Shown piece by piece: positions 45,873 through 58,160 of a stretch of DNA of 64,000 bases. The position numbers were made by a program, and so were the translations under genes. The stretch is from the NCBI GenBank assembly GCA_963751345.1, contig CAVVUS010000014.1, positions 160,001 to 224,000 of the forward strand, read 5' to 3'. The first letter of the stretch is position 1; each line of letters starts with the position of its first letter. The notes beneath the pieces are model-generated. The model saw nothing but the letters and a program-made list of their open reading frames with translations. It ran no database searches and was not told the DNA's origin. This DNA comes from an uncultured Chloroflexia bacterium. Its GTDB lineage: Bacteria > Chloroflexota > Anaerolineae > B4-G1 > SLSP01.

Positions 45873-46926
45873 ATGGCCGATAGCAATTGGGAACAGTTTA
45901 CGGATTTCTGCCGCCGTGGTTCGGAGCAGATCCAAGGGGAACTCAAAGAGATCGACATGCTCATCCAGCAGACATCCAGCGAGGTGGAACGCTATATGCA
46001 GGCGAACACCCGCGCTGTGACCCGCATGCGGCAGATCGAATCTACATTTGACACGGCGCCCCGCGAGGACATCCGCCGGACCTACGAGACCCTGATCGAA
46101 AACCAGCAGCGTCTCTTTACGATGCGAGGCCAGCTCGAAAAGCTGCAGAGCGACCAGAAACACCTGACTCGCATCGGCGAGCTGTACAATCGCGTCCTCT
46201 CGTTTGCCCCTCCCGAGGATTTCGGATACAGCGATCAGGCCGTCGCCCCGCAGGGTCGAGACCCCCCAGGCTATGGTCATCAGCATCATCGATGCGCAGG
46301 AACAAGAGCGCCTTCGACTCTCACGCCAAATGCACGACGGGCCGGCACAGTCGTTGACCAACCTGGTGCTTCAGGCTGAGATATGCGAACGCCTCTTCGA
46401 CCGTGATCCGGAACGCGCACGAACCGAACTCAGCGAGCTGAAAAAGAGCGTCATCAATGCTTTCAAGACGGTGAAAGTGTTCATTTTCGACCTGCGACCC
46501 ATGATGCTCGATGATCTGGGGCTGGCCCCGACGATGCGCCGCTACGTCGAAGGGATTACCGACGCCGGCTTCACAGGCCTCACCCTGAAGGTCTCCGGCA
46601 AAGAGCGCCGATTGGCACCTCACAAGGAGGTGACCATCTTCCGGGTCATCCAGGCGCTAATCCATATCGCCAGGGAGCAGAACCAAGCCACGAGCATCAG
46701 CATCCACCTCAACGTCGAGGAAACGGAAGCCCGGGTGACCGTGGAGGATAATGGGGTAGGATTCGAGATCGACGAAGCCCTCACGTCGCCCGATGCGCTC
46801 AAACTCAACCTTCCGACGCTGCGCGAACGAATAGAAATGCTCGATGGGTCGATTCATTTCTTCGGGACGCCGGGACAAGGCCTTCGGGTGAACTTTGAGC
46901 TGCCCGTCGAATTGAGAAGCGACTAG
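45873..46926 (+). CDS. Cytoplasmic DegS-like histidine kinase (frameshift ~46250)
   Basis: N-terminal coiled coil; QEQERLRLSRQMHDGPAQSL, DLRPMMLDDLGL, EDNGVGF. Confidence 0.85.
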
Positions 46927-46960
46927 CACCAGGCGCACGTCAGACTGGATCGGTCAAGAG

Positions 46961-46995
46961 GGAGGACCTTCTGCCGCTATGGCAGAGGGTCCTCC
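46961..46995 (+). terminator. Hairpin after the degS-like gene
   Basis: GGAGGACCTTCTGCC-GCTAT-GGCAGAGGGTCCTCC. Confidence 0.6.
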
Positions 46996-47039
46996 TGATG
47001 TTTCGAGAACCGGATCGGGCGCAAAACGCTCGTTGCCTC

Positions 47040-47158
47040 TTGACACGCGAACGCGGATTATGCTATATTAGAATGCGGTCAGCACAGGTGGCAACCGCCA
47101 CCCGTGCTTTTTTTTCGGGTCAGAGAACGTTTGACAAGTATCTGAAGTTTACTACCCT
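47040..47158 (+). promoter_or_regulatory. Tandem promoters with an intervening terminator upstream of the primary sigma factor
   Basis: P1 TTGACA-N18-TATATT; hairpin 47081-47108 plus T8; P2 TTGACA-N16-TACCCT. Confidence 0.6.
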
Positions 47159-47296
47159 ATTATCGCTAACCTGCTAGCATGCTGGGCGCGTTTTGCTGGG
47201 TGCGCTCTAGCCCAACAGGCAAGCCGAATCTGTGAGCATCATTCGTCCAGCAAGATGGTCACGACCTAATCTTGTGCAGTTAAAGGAACCGTTGTC

Positions 47297-48523
47297 TTGG
47301 TCTTAGAAGAACGATTCGAAGAGGAACAAGAAGAAGGCGTCACGCCTCTCACTGAATATCTGTCGGGTGAGGAATACCTCCTCGCCCTCGGGTATGAGCG
47401 TGGCTATGTCACGTATGAAGACATCCAGAAAGTGTTTCCGGAGGCAGAGGACAACATCACGCGCCTGGATGAGACGATCTCCGCGTTGATGGAGTCGGGT
47501 ATCATCGTGGGAGGGCCTGGAGAAGAGCTCCCTAGCGGACTGGCCAAAGCGATGGGAGACTTCAGCGAAGAGGAAGACGAAAAGGCGGTGGAGGATATCT
47601 ACCGGGCGATCGAGGTTGACGATACCATTGGCCTTTACCTCAAGGAGATCGGAAAGGTCCCCCTCCTCACTGCCGAGGAGGAAGTCTCCTTGGCTATGCG
47701 GATGGAGTCGGGCAAGAAGGCCCAGGCCAGGTTGGGAGTCGGTCGTTACAACAATGAAGATAAGCAGCTTGAGCTTGAGCGGCAACTCGAGGATGGGATT
47801 CGCGCGCGGGAGCATCTGATTCGCGCCAATTCGCGGCTTGTGATCAGTGTGGCCAAGAAGTACATCGGCCGTGGGGTCCCGTTTCTCGATCTGATCCAGG
47901 AAGGCAATATCGGGCTGATACGCGCCTCAAACAAGTTCGACTACAAGCGCGGTCACAAGTTCTCCACCTATGCCACTTGGTGGATTCGCCAGGCTGTGAC
48001 ACGCGCCATTGCGGACCAAAGTCGCACGATTCGCGTCCCGGTTCATATGGGCGACCAGATCAACAAGATGCTCCGCATCTCCCATCAGTTGACGCAGAGG
48101 TTGGGGCGCAGTCCAACCCCCGAGGAATTGGCAGCCGAGATGGAGATCCCCGTTCGCAAGGTCGAGCAGATGCTCGACGTTGCCCGCCGCCCCCTATCGC
48201 TGGAGATGCCGACAGATGACGAGGGTGAGAGCACGCTGGGCGATTTCGTCGAGGATACGGATAGCCCCTCCCCGCCGGATCGCGTGAGCTCATTGATGCT
48301 TCGCGACCAGTTGATGGAGATCTTGGTGGATCTTCCCCCTCGTGAAGTCAAGATCCTCCAAATGCGATATGGTCTTTTGGACGGGCAGACCTACACGTTG
48401 GAGCAAGTGGGGAAGAAGCTTGGGGTAACGCGCGAACGGGTACGCCAGATCGAGGCGCAGGCGCTCAGCCGCCTGAGACACCCCGCACATGCACGCCGCC
48501 TGCGCGATTTTCTCCGAAGTTAG
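47297..48523 (+). CDS. rpoD: Primary-type sigma-70 factor
   Basis: Region 1.1 (GYVTYEDI), [52 protein letters not shown]. Confidence 0.9.
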   Translation: MVLEERFEEEQEEGVTPLTEYLSGEEYLLALGYERGYVTYEDIQKVFPEAEDNITRLDETISALMESGIIVGGPGEELPSGLAKAMGDFSEEEDEKAVEDIYRAIEVDDTIGLYLKEIGKVPLLTAEEEVSLAMRMESGKKAQARLGVGRYNNEDKQLELERQLEDGIRAREHLIRANSRLVISVAKKYIGRGVPFLDLIQEGNIGLIRASNKFDYKRGHKFSTYATWWIRQAVTRAIADQSRTIRVPVHMGDQINKMLRISHQLTQRLGRSPTPEELAAEMEIPVRKVEQMLDVARRPLSLEMPTDDEGESTLGDFVEDTDSPSPPDRVSSLMLRDQLMEILVDLPPREVKILQMRYGLLDGQTYTLEQVGKKLGVTRERVRQIEAQALSRLRHPAHARRLRDFLRS

Positions 48524-48590
48524 GGCCGAACGACAGAATCGCTTGCCATAAGCCTACGCCCGCGAGCACCACAAGTCTGCAGTAACCGAT

Positions 48591-49658
48591 CTATTGGTTC
48601 CCCCGGTTAGCCGGCACTACAATCACTCGGCCTGATGCCGCGCGGGTCAGGCGGTCCCGAATCGCCAACCCGAGTCCTGCAGCGCCGAAGTCTCGCGCCA
48701 AGATGGCGGTGACGTTGGCCCTATCCACCTCACGCAGTGCGGCGTAGAGGTGCTGAGCTATTTCCTCCATGGAGCGGAGCGAGCCGAGATCGTGGACGAT
48801 CACGGGCAAGCCCGCGAAGAAATCCTTGTCCTCAGTCGCCAGCAGCAGCCCCACGCGCTCACCGGAGGCTACGCGCTCGACCACGTCCTGCCGCATCGCC
48901 TGCAACACAGCGTCGCGCTTGCCCTGGTAGAGTGTGACCGAGGCCCGAGGTGCGTAGTGCTTGGCAGTCGTGCCGGGAGAGACCAGGGTCTCGTCCCCAT
49001 GCACAGAGGGCCGGGCAACACGAACCTCACCCAGCACGTCGGAGAGCGCTTCCTGGCTCACCCCACCCGGGCGAAGGATCGTCGGCACGGTGTCCACCAG
49101 CGACAGCACCGTCGATTCGACGCCTACCGTCGTGCTGCCCCCGTCCAGGAGGATGTCAATACGCCCATCAAGATCAACCAGAACGTGCTCGGCTCGCGTA
49201 GGGCTGACCCGCCCGAATCTATTCGCACTGGGCGCGGCAATCGGAACACCGGAGGCGGTGATCAGGGCAAGGGCGACCGGATGCGCGGGGACCCGCACAG
49301 CGACGGTCTCGCCGCCGGCCGTAACCTGGAGAGGGACACGATCGCTGCGGGGCAGCACCATCGTCAGGGGGCCGGGCCAGAAACGAGACGCCAGTCGGTA
49401 GGCCACTTCGGGGATACGCGAGGCCACAACCGGCAAGGTAGCTACGTCAGCCAGATGCACGATCAAGGGATCGTTCGCAGGCCGGTCTTTGGCCCGGAAG
49501 ATGCCCAGCACCGCAGTCACATCGAGGGCATTGGCGCCCAGCCCATAGACCGTCTCGGTGGGAAAGGCCACGAGACCGCCGGATCGAATGACCGCTGCGG
49601 CCTGTGCTATAACATCAGGACCGGGTCGCTCAGGGTCTACCCTCAGAACCAGCGTCAT
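48591..49658 (-). CDS. tsaC: L-threonylcarbamoyladenylate synthase (Sua5 type)
   Basis: VAFPTETVYGLGA, K.RP.NDPLIVH, FWPGPLT, AAPSAN, GVESTV, HYAP, SUA5 C-domain. Confidence 0.93.
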   Translation of the reverse strand: MTLVLRVDPERPGPDVIAQAAAVIRSGGLVAFPTETVYGLGANALDVTAVLGIFRAKDRPANDPLIVHLADVATLPVVASRIPEVAYRLASRFWPGPLTMVLPRSDRVPLQVTAGGETVAVRVPAHPVALALITASGVPIAAPSANRFGRVSPTRAEHVLVDLDGRIDILLDGGSTTVGVESTVLSLVDTVPTILRPGGVSQEALSDVLGEVRVARPSVHGDETLVSPGTTAKHYAPRASVTLYQGKRDAVLQAMRQDVVERVASGERVGLLLATEDKDFFAGLPVIVHDLGSLRSMEEIAQHLYAALREVDRANVTAILARDFGAAGLGLAIRDRLTRAASGRVIVVPANRGNQ

Positions 49659-50164
49659 TCGCCGGCTCTGGGGCGGCTCGAACGTCGCACCCGGCTCAGC
49701 ACCAATACCAGACCGAGAAGGATCAGGCCGGCGCCTTCTGCCCTGGTCCAACGAGCGGAAAGTCCGGCTCTGACGGTGACCGTCTCCGGATAGAGCATCG
49801 CGCTACCGTCCCACTCCACCTCCTCGATCTGGTAGCGATAGCGGCGACCCGGGATCAGCCCCGCGTCCCTGTCTTCAAGACGGTAAGAGGCCCCTACCGT
49901 TTCCTCGCCTTCCGAGGGTATCAGGACAGCGTTGACCTGGACACCCTTGCCCGATGTCGTCTCCCAGGCCGGGCTGCGATAGACGTTGAAGCCCGCCGTG
50001 CCCACCTCACTCGCCGTCTCCCAACTCAGAACGACCGGGGCGACATCTGTGACCAACAGCGATATCCCGACGCCCAGCAGGATCAGCGCCAGGATGAATG
50101 CGGCGCCGAACGAGCCAAACCATTGAGCGGCACGATCACGCATAGGCACTGCGCTTTGAGGCAA
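49655..50164 (-). CDS. Hypothetical membrane protein with an FN3-like extracellular domain (start uncertain)
   Basis: TM - 'LSWETASE..TAGFNVYR...Y...D...YRYQIEEV' - TM. Confidence 0.6.
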   Translation of the reverse strand: MPQSAVPMRDRAAQWFGSFGAAFILALILLGVGISLLVTDVAPVVLSWETASEVGTAGFNVYRSPAWETTSGKGVQVNAVLIPSEGEETVGASYRLEDRDAGLIPGRRYRYQIEEVEWDGSAMLYPETVTVRAGLSARWTRAEGAGLILLGLVLVLSRVRRSSRPRAGE

Positions 50165-50199
50165 CTCGGGAGGTAGCTAACCGGAGGTAGCCGACCATT

Positions 50200-51396
50200 T
50201 TACTCGATCACACGCGCCGCTTCGCTCGTCTGACAGAAGTGGACGCTGTAGCAATCGGCGATGTCCGGATGGATGGCCGGATAGCGATCTCTGAGGAAAG
50301 CCCTGATGTCGTCGCGATAGGCGGGACGACTGAGGGCAATGCACGAGCCGCGGAACCCGCCTCCGCTGAACCGTGCCCCGTAGACGCCGGGGCATTCACA
50401 GAGCAACTCGTACAATGTGGTCAAGTGCGGACTGCCCGATTCGTAGTTGTGGACGGAACTCGCCCCCGAAGCCCGCATGAGATCGCCCAGCCGTTCGATA
50501 TCGCCGTCACGCCATGCTTCCACTCCCTCGCGCACCCGCTGCACCTCGGTGAAGAAGTGGCGGGCCCGCCGGTCAAGAGGTGACGGCAAACGATTGCCCA
50601 ACTCCGCATAGACCTCTGGCGACACCAACCGCAGCCGCGCAGTGCCGTTGAGTTCCGGGCCGCCCGACCACGACAGAAGTAACCGGGCTGCCGATTGACA
50701 TTCGGTTACCCGGTTGTTGTAATCTGTGCCAACGAGCGCCTTCCGGATCCCCGAATAGACCACGAGGATCTCGAATTCCTCCGATGACGCCGCAGTGGGC
50801 ACCTTCTGAACTTCCATCGTGCTGCAGTCCAGGTACGTGAGGCAATCCCGATCGCTCAACAAGATCATCGACTGATCCAGCACACCGTTTTTGAGCCCGA
50901 GATAAACGTTCTCGATGTAGCGGTCCAGTTCGATGTTCTCCTGGGCCGTCACCGTCAAGCCATTCACCGTCTCCAGGGCCAGAAGATAGGCCACACCGAC
51001 GGCAGCCGACGAGCTTAGCCCACCGATTGGCATTGTGCCTGCCACCACTGCATCGATACCGGCGCGGATATCGTGGGCCTGTTTCAGAGCTAATGCAGCT
51101 CCGCGCGCGTAGTTTCCCCAATCGCGTGGCGCGCGCGGAGGAATGTCGGCAAGGTTAAAGGCCACAGAACCCCCAAAGTTCTCGCTCTCGACCCGAATCT
51201 CACCATCTTCTCGCGGCACAAACGCGAGGAAGATCGCCCGGTCCAGCGCCATCCCGGTGACCAATCCATCTTGGTGATCGACATGGGCGCCCAGCGGCGA
51301 GATGCGCAGCGGCGAGCGGACGACCTTGATATCCTCATCGCGGCAGCCTGTTCGCGCCTGCAGATGGTTCTTGACCTGCTCTATCTGTGACACCAT
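50200..51396 (-). CDS. GHMP sugar kinase, galacturonokinase-like
   Basis: SPLRISPLGAHVDHQDG (vs GalK GEHTDY), GLSSSAA, NGVLDQ, GARFSGGGFRG. Confidence 0.75.
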   Translation of the reverse strand: MVSQIEQVKNHLQARTGCRDEDIKVVRSPLRISPLGAHVDHQDGLVTGMALDRAIFLAFVPREDGEIRVESENFGGSVAFNLADIPPRAPRDWGNYARGAALALKQAHDIRAGIDAVVAGTMPIGGLSSSAAVGVAYLLALETVNGLTVTAQENIELDRYIENVYLGLKNGVLDQSMILLSDRDCLTYLDCSTMEVQKVPTAASSEEFEILVVYSGIRKALVGTDYNNRVTECQSAARLLLSWSGGPELNGTARLRLVSPEVYAELGNRLPSPLDRRARHFFTEVQRVREGVEAWRDGDIERLGDLMRASGASSVHNYESGSPHLTTLYELLCECPGVYGARFSGGGFRGSCIALSRPAYRDDIRAFLRDRYPAIHPDIADCYSVHFCQTSEAARVIE

Positions 51397-51413
51397 AGAT
51401 ATGTTGATATCCC

Positions 51414-52373
51414 TTACGCAGAGAATCGCTTCGCCTGGTCGGCCACCCAGGCATATGTCACGGCCATACCTTCGCGCAAACTTACTTTGGCTTCCCAGCC
51501 CAGCGCATGCATCCGCGCCTTGCTGAAGTTGCGTGCCTGCACGCCTACAGGGCCATCAACGTGCCGAATCTCGAGATCCTTTCCCGATATGTCGAGCACC
51601 GTCCGGACCAGTTCGTTGACGGTGACGTATTCTTCGGTCCCGATGTTGGCGGGCACCTGGAGATCCGACTGCATAAGGAGATAGACGCCATCGACCAGAT
51701 CGTCGACATAAGTGAACCCGCGGATCGCCTCGCCATCTCCCCAGACGTCAATCGTGTCGCCCGCTTCGGCCATCGCTACCTTGCGGCTGATCGCGGCCGG
51801 CGCTTTCTCGCGGCCACCATGCCAGGTGCCATAGGGACCATAGCAGTTCTGGAAGCGTGCAATCCGCACTTGCATTGGGTAGTGGCGTGCGAAGGCCTGG
51901 GCCATGCGCTCGGTATACAGCTTTTCCCATCCATACTCATTGTCAGGATTTGCGGGGATAACCTGATCTTCTGTCATCTCCGGATCGCCCGGCTTCATAT
52001 CGGGATAGACGCAGGCCGAGGATGAGAAGAAGTAGCGCGGCACCCCAAGTCTCGCGGCGGTGGTGATCATGTGGACGTTGATCAAGACGCTGTTGTGCAT
52101 GATATCACACTCAGCCGTGTGGATAAAGCCCATCCCCCCCATGTCCGCGGCGAGTTGGTAGACCTCATCGAAGGTGCCGCCATCGACGGACAGAGCTTCC
52201 CAGCAAGCTTCAGGCTGACGCAGATCCAGGAGCTTGAATTCATCGGCGTCGAGCGTCCGATACTCATGCTCTTTGATATCTACGCCCCGCACCCAGTATC
52301 CCTCGCGCTTGAGCTTAGCCACCAGATGCCCACCAATGAAACCGCCGGCACCACACACCAAAGCTTTCTTCAT
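51414..52373 (-). CDS. NAD-dependent epimerase, GDP-mannose 3',5'-epimerase-like
   Basis: GAGGFIG, LAADMGGMGFI, SSSACVYP, YGWEK, GGREKAPAA. Confidence 0.8.
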   Translation of the reverse strand: MKKALVCGAGGFIGGHLVAKLKREGYWVRGVDIKEHEYRTLDADEFKLLDLRQPEACWEALSVDGGTFDEVYQLAADMGGMGFIHTAECDIMHNSVLINVHMITTAARLGVPRYFFSSSACVYPDMKPGDPEMTEDQVIPANPDNEYGWEKLYTERMAQAFARHYPMQVRIARFQNCYGPYGTWHGGREKAPAAISRKVAMAEAGDTIDVWGDGEAIRGFTYVDDLVDGVYLLMQSDLQVPANIGTEEYVTVNELVRTVLDISGKDLEIRHVDGPVGVQARNFSKARMHALGWEAKVSLREGMAVTYAWVADQAKRFSA

Positions 52374-52384
52374 TGCGCTACTCC

Positions 52385-53020
52385 TTATTCTCGAGTCTTG
52401 TTACGTTCCTCCGGCAACTGAACCCGCTGTCGATAGAGATCCGGATCAACGACAGAGGCCATCGCCGCCAAGTTCAAGGGAAGATCCAGAAACAACTGTA
52501 TCGCATCCAGCATCGGATAGGGGTCACCCAACATAGCGTTATAGTCCACGTCAAGGTAGGTGAGATTGGGCTGCTGATCCATCCACGCGTAGACTTGGGT
52601 GAGGTGCCGCTCGAAGAGCCGCGCCATTTCCCCGTCATCGACGGCTTGCGCGTCCTCTCCACGCCGTATCAGCATACGCCGTTGCGATGCCAGAGTCTCA
52701 TCCATTTGGCGGCGCATGAAGAGAACTTTGTATCTGTAGCTATCGGGCAGATGCTGCAACAAAGCAGCGATCACCTTGACTGCCCTTCCTTGAGCATCGG
52801 CCAACCAGGCCGTATCCCCGTCCGGCAGCTTCTTGACGCGCTCGAATTCGTAGTAACCCTTGGGGTTGTCCGAATTGGGCGTGCGGACCCCGTCTTGCAG
52901 CACCGGGACACCGCCCTGCTCGAGCATACACATCATCATCGACGTGCCTGACCGCGGCAAGCCGGATACGATGATCACCGGGCTCTGCCGCGTACCGAAC
53001 AGCTTCCTCAGGAATCCCAT
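52385..53020 (-). CDS. Sulfotransferase family protein
   Basis: PAPS-binding SGLPRSGTS motif, DNPKGYYE. Confidence 0.8.
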   Translation of the reverse strand: MGFLRKLFGTRQSPVIIVSGLPRSGTSMMMCMLEQGGVPVLQDGVRTPNSDNPKGYYEFERVKKLPDGDTAWLADAQGRAVKVIAALLQHLPDSYRYKVLFMRRQMDETLASQRRMLIRRGEDAQAVDDGEMARLFERHLTQVYAWMDQQPNLTYLDVDYNAMLGDPYPMLDAIQLFLDLPLNLAAMASVVDPDLYRQRVQLPEERNKTRE

Positions 53021-53044
53021 TGGCGCCCTCTGCCTGAAAGCGAT

Positions 53045-56343
<3,299 letters not shown>

Positions 56344-56373
56344 GGTCCCTCCTCAGAGCACAGACAGGCAAGG

Positions 56374-56457
56374 AAAAAGCTCGTACCCACGACGCTGCCG
56401 GGTACGAGCTCCTAGACCCGATAACGGGCATCCTACTTGAACCATAGGCCTTGTCAA
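56374..56457 (-). promoter_or_regulatory. Promoter followed by a leader terminator upstream of the PMM gene
   Basis: TTGACA-N16-TAGGAT (56457-56430), then AGCTCGTACCC-N11-GGGTACGAGCT-TTTT (56410-56374). Confidence 0.55.
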
Positions 56458-56523
56458 GCCATGCAACCTACCAGTCTGATGCAACACGACTTGCCACCTG
56501 TGCACAGCCGCCCCAATGTCTGG

Positions 56524-57168
56524 TCAAGTTCCCTTCTGCTCGACGGCCTTGAGCGCGGTAAGTAAGCGCACCATCTGCAGATTGTTCGTGACGTCGCCTC
56601 GCGTTCGCTCCAACACTCCCCGAAGCTGATCCACCCTCCGCCGCAGCCCACGCGTGATCGCATCCGGGTAGCTGAAAGACATCAGGACCTCGTATACGGC
56701 ATCCATTGCCGCCAGCAGCCGCTCTGCCTCATCAAGATTCTCGTGGCGCAACATGTCTAGACAGCGTCGCCGCAGTTCGCTCGCGGCCTCACAGACGCCG
56801 TTGAGGTACGTGTTGAGCGGTATGCCGGCGGTGTCCACGGACGGCAAGGCCCGATTCGAGATCAGGGCCAACGTCACGCGCGCCTCGACGAGCTCCTTCA
56901 GCGCATCCTGCGTATAGCCCGCATAGTCAAGCTCGGGATAGGGAGCCAGTAACGTCTGCATCTCCCGTCCGACACGCTCGGCCTCGGCCAACAGTGACTC
57001 AGCCTCATCCCATTGATCCCTATGGCCTGCGCGAATGGCGTTGGAGCAAAGACGAATCAACGCCCGGCTCTGCTGGAGGGCCTCGTCTCTGATCCGATTC
57101 TGTGTGGCAAGATCGTCCTCCGCCAGCGAGGCCAGCGAATCCAGCCAGGTGTGAAGTGCTTCGTTCAT
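56524..57168 (-). CDS. Translin/TRAX family protein
   Basis: RDEAL..SRALIR...AI...HR, ELVEA, YLNGVCEAASELRR, GLRRRVD..RG.LE.T. Confidence 0.8.
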   Translation of the reverse strand: MNEALHTWLDSLASLAEDDLATQNRIRDEALQQSRALIRLCSNAIRAGHRDQWDEAESLLAEAERVGREMQTLLAPYPELDYAGYTQDALKELVEARVTLALISNRALPSVDTAGIPLNTYLNGVCEAASELRRRCLDMLRHENLDEAERLLAAMDAVYEVLMSFSYPDAITRGLRRRVDQLRGVLERTRGDVTNNLQMVRLLTALKAVEQKGT

Positions 57169-57174
57169 CGTCCG

Positions 57175-57492
57175 TCACTCTCCTTCCGGCGGTGTCTTTC
57201 CGCCGAAGAAAGAACGAATAAGGTCGTCGCTCTGACCGGGCGTGGCGATCTCACCATATGTAGCCTCGTATTTGCCCAGATTCTCCTGAAGCGCCCGCAA
57301 CATCAACTTGGCATTGAGCGGTGTCATGATCACCCGCGAGCGAACGCGTACTGAGGGCTGATTGGGGAGCATCTGGGCGAAATCTACGATCAACTCCGAC
57401 GGCGTATGGGAGATCAGCGCAAAGTTTGCGTAGGTCGGTTCTAGGTCCGCCGGCAACTCGATGTTCAACGACCTTGGCTTCGGCTGTGCCAT
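57175..57492 (-). CDS. DUF3467 protein
   Basis: YANFALISHTPSELIVDF, SRVIMTP..AK....AL..N...YE..YGEI. Confidence 0.85.
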   Translation of the reverse strand: MAQPKPRSLNIELPADLEPTYANFALISHTPSELIVDFAQMLPNQPSVRVRSRVIMTPLNAKLMLRALQENLGKYEATYGEIATPGQSDDLIRSFFGGKTPPEGE

Positions 57493-57510
57493 CCTGCCTC
57501 CTCACTTAGA

Positions 57511-57544
57511 GAAAACAACAGAGGGGAGAGGTCCCCTCTGTTGT
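57511..57544 (-). terminator. Terminator-like hairpin after ssb
   Basis: ACAACAGAGGGGA/TCCCCTCTGTTGT 13-bp stem with a short U-run on the minus strand. Confidence 0.65.
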
Positions 57545-57569
57545 CGATATGCTAGCATTGGGCAGGGGC

Positions 57570-57995
57570 TCAGAACGGGATCTCGTCCTCGGCGACGTAA
57601 TCCGGGCCCTCGGCTTCCTCGCCACCGCCACCGGGTGCGGTATCGCCGCGCCCGCCCAGGAAGATGATGCGGTCGGCTGTCACTTCGTAGCTGGCCCCCG
57701 GAGTCCCGTCCTGTCGAGTCCAGATGCGCGGGCCACCAGTGGCCTTGTCGGGCGTTAGCCGCCCCTCGACCATAACCTGCCTTCCCTTGCTCAGATACTG
57801 AGCAGCTATCTCGGCCTGCCGGCGCCAAACGGAGACGCGGAACCAAACCGTCTCCTCGCCCTGAGAGCCGTCTGAGTTCGTCCAGCGTCTGTTGGTTGCT
57901 ATGCTGAAGGACGTAACGGGCGTTCCGTCTGGGGTGTATCGCATCTCGGGGTCACGCCCCAGGTTACCGACAATGATCAACTTCTGGTAGGACAT
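57570..57995 (-). CDS. ssb: Single-stranded DNA-binding protein
   Basis: IVGNLGRDPEMRYT, YLSKGRQVMVEGRL, acidic C-terminal DEIPF. Confidence 0.97.
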   Translation of the reverse strand: MSYQKLIIVGNLGRDPEMRYTPDGTPVTSFSIATNRRWTNSDGSQGEETVWFRVSVWRRQAEIAAQYLSKGRQVMVEGRLTPDKATGGPRIWTRQDGTPGASYEVTADRIIFLGGRGDTAPGGGGEEAEGPDYVAEDEIPF

Positions 57996-58160
57996 TGCGT
58001 ACGACTCCTTTCAAGAGCAATCCTTGGTGCCGCGGAGGAAGGCTAATATCCCTATTTTACTGCAGAGAGACTCGAAAGGCAAACGCAATAGCAGAAATAC
58101 GCCGCACCATCTGCATTTTGCGCCAACTCCGTTGCCAAGGGCAGGCCGGCCTGCCCGCGC

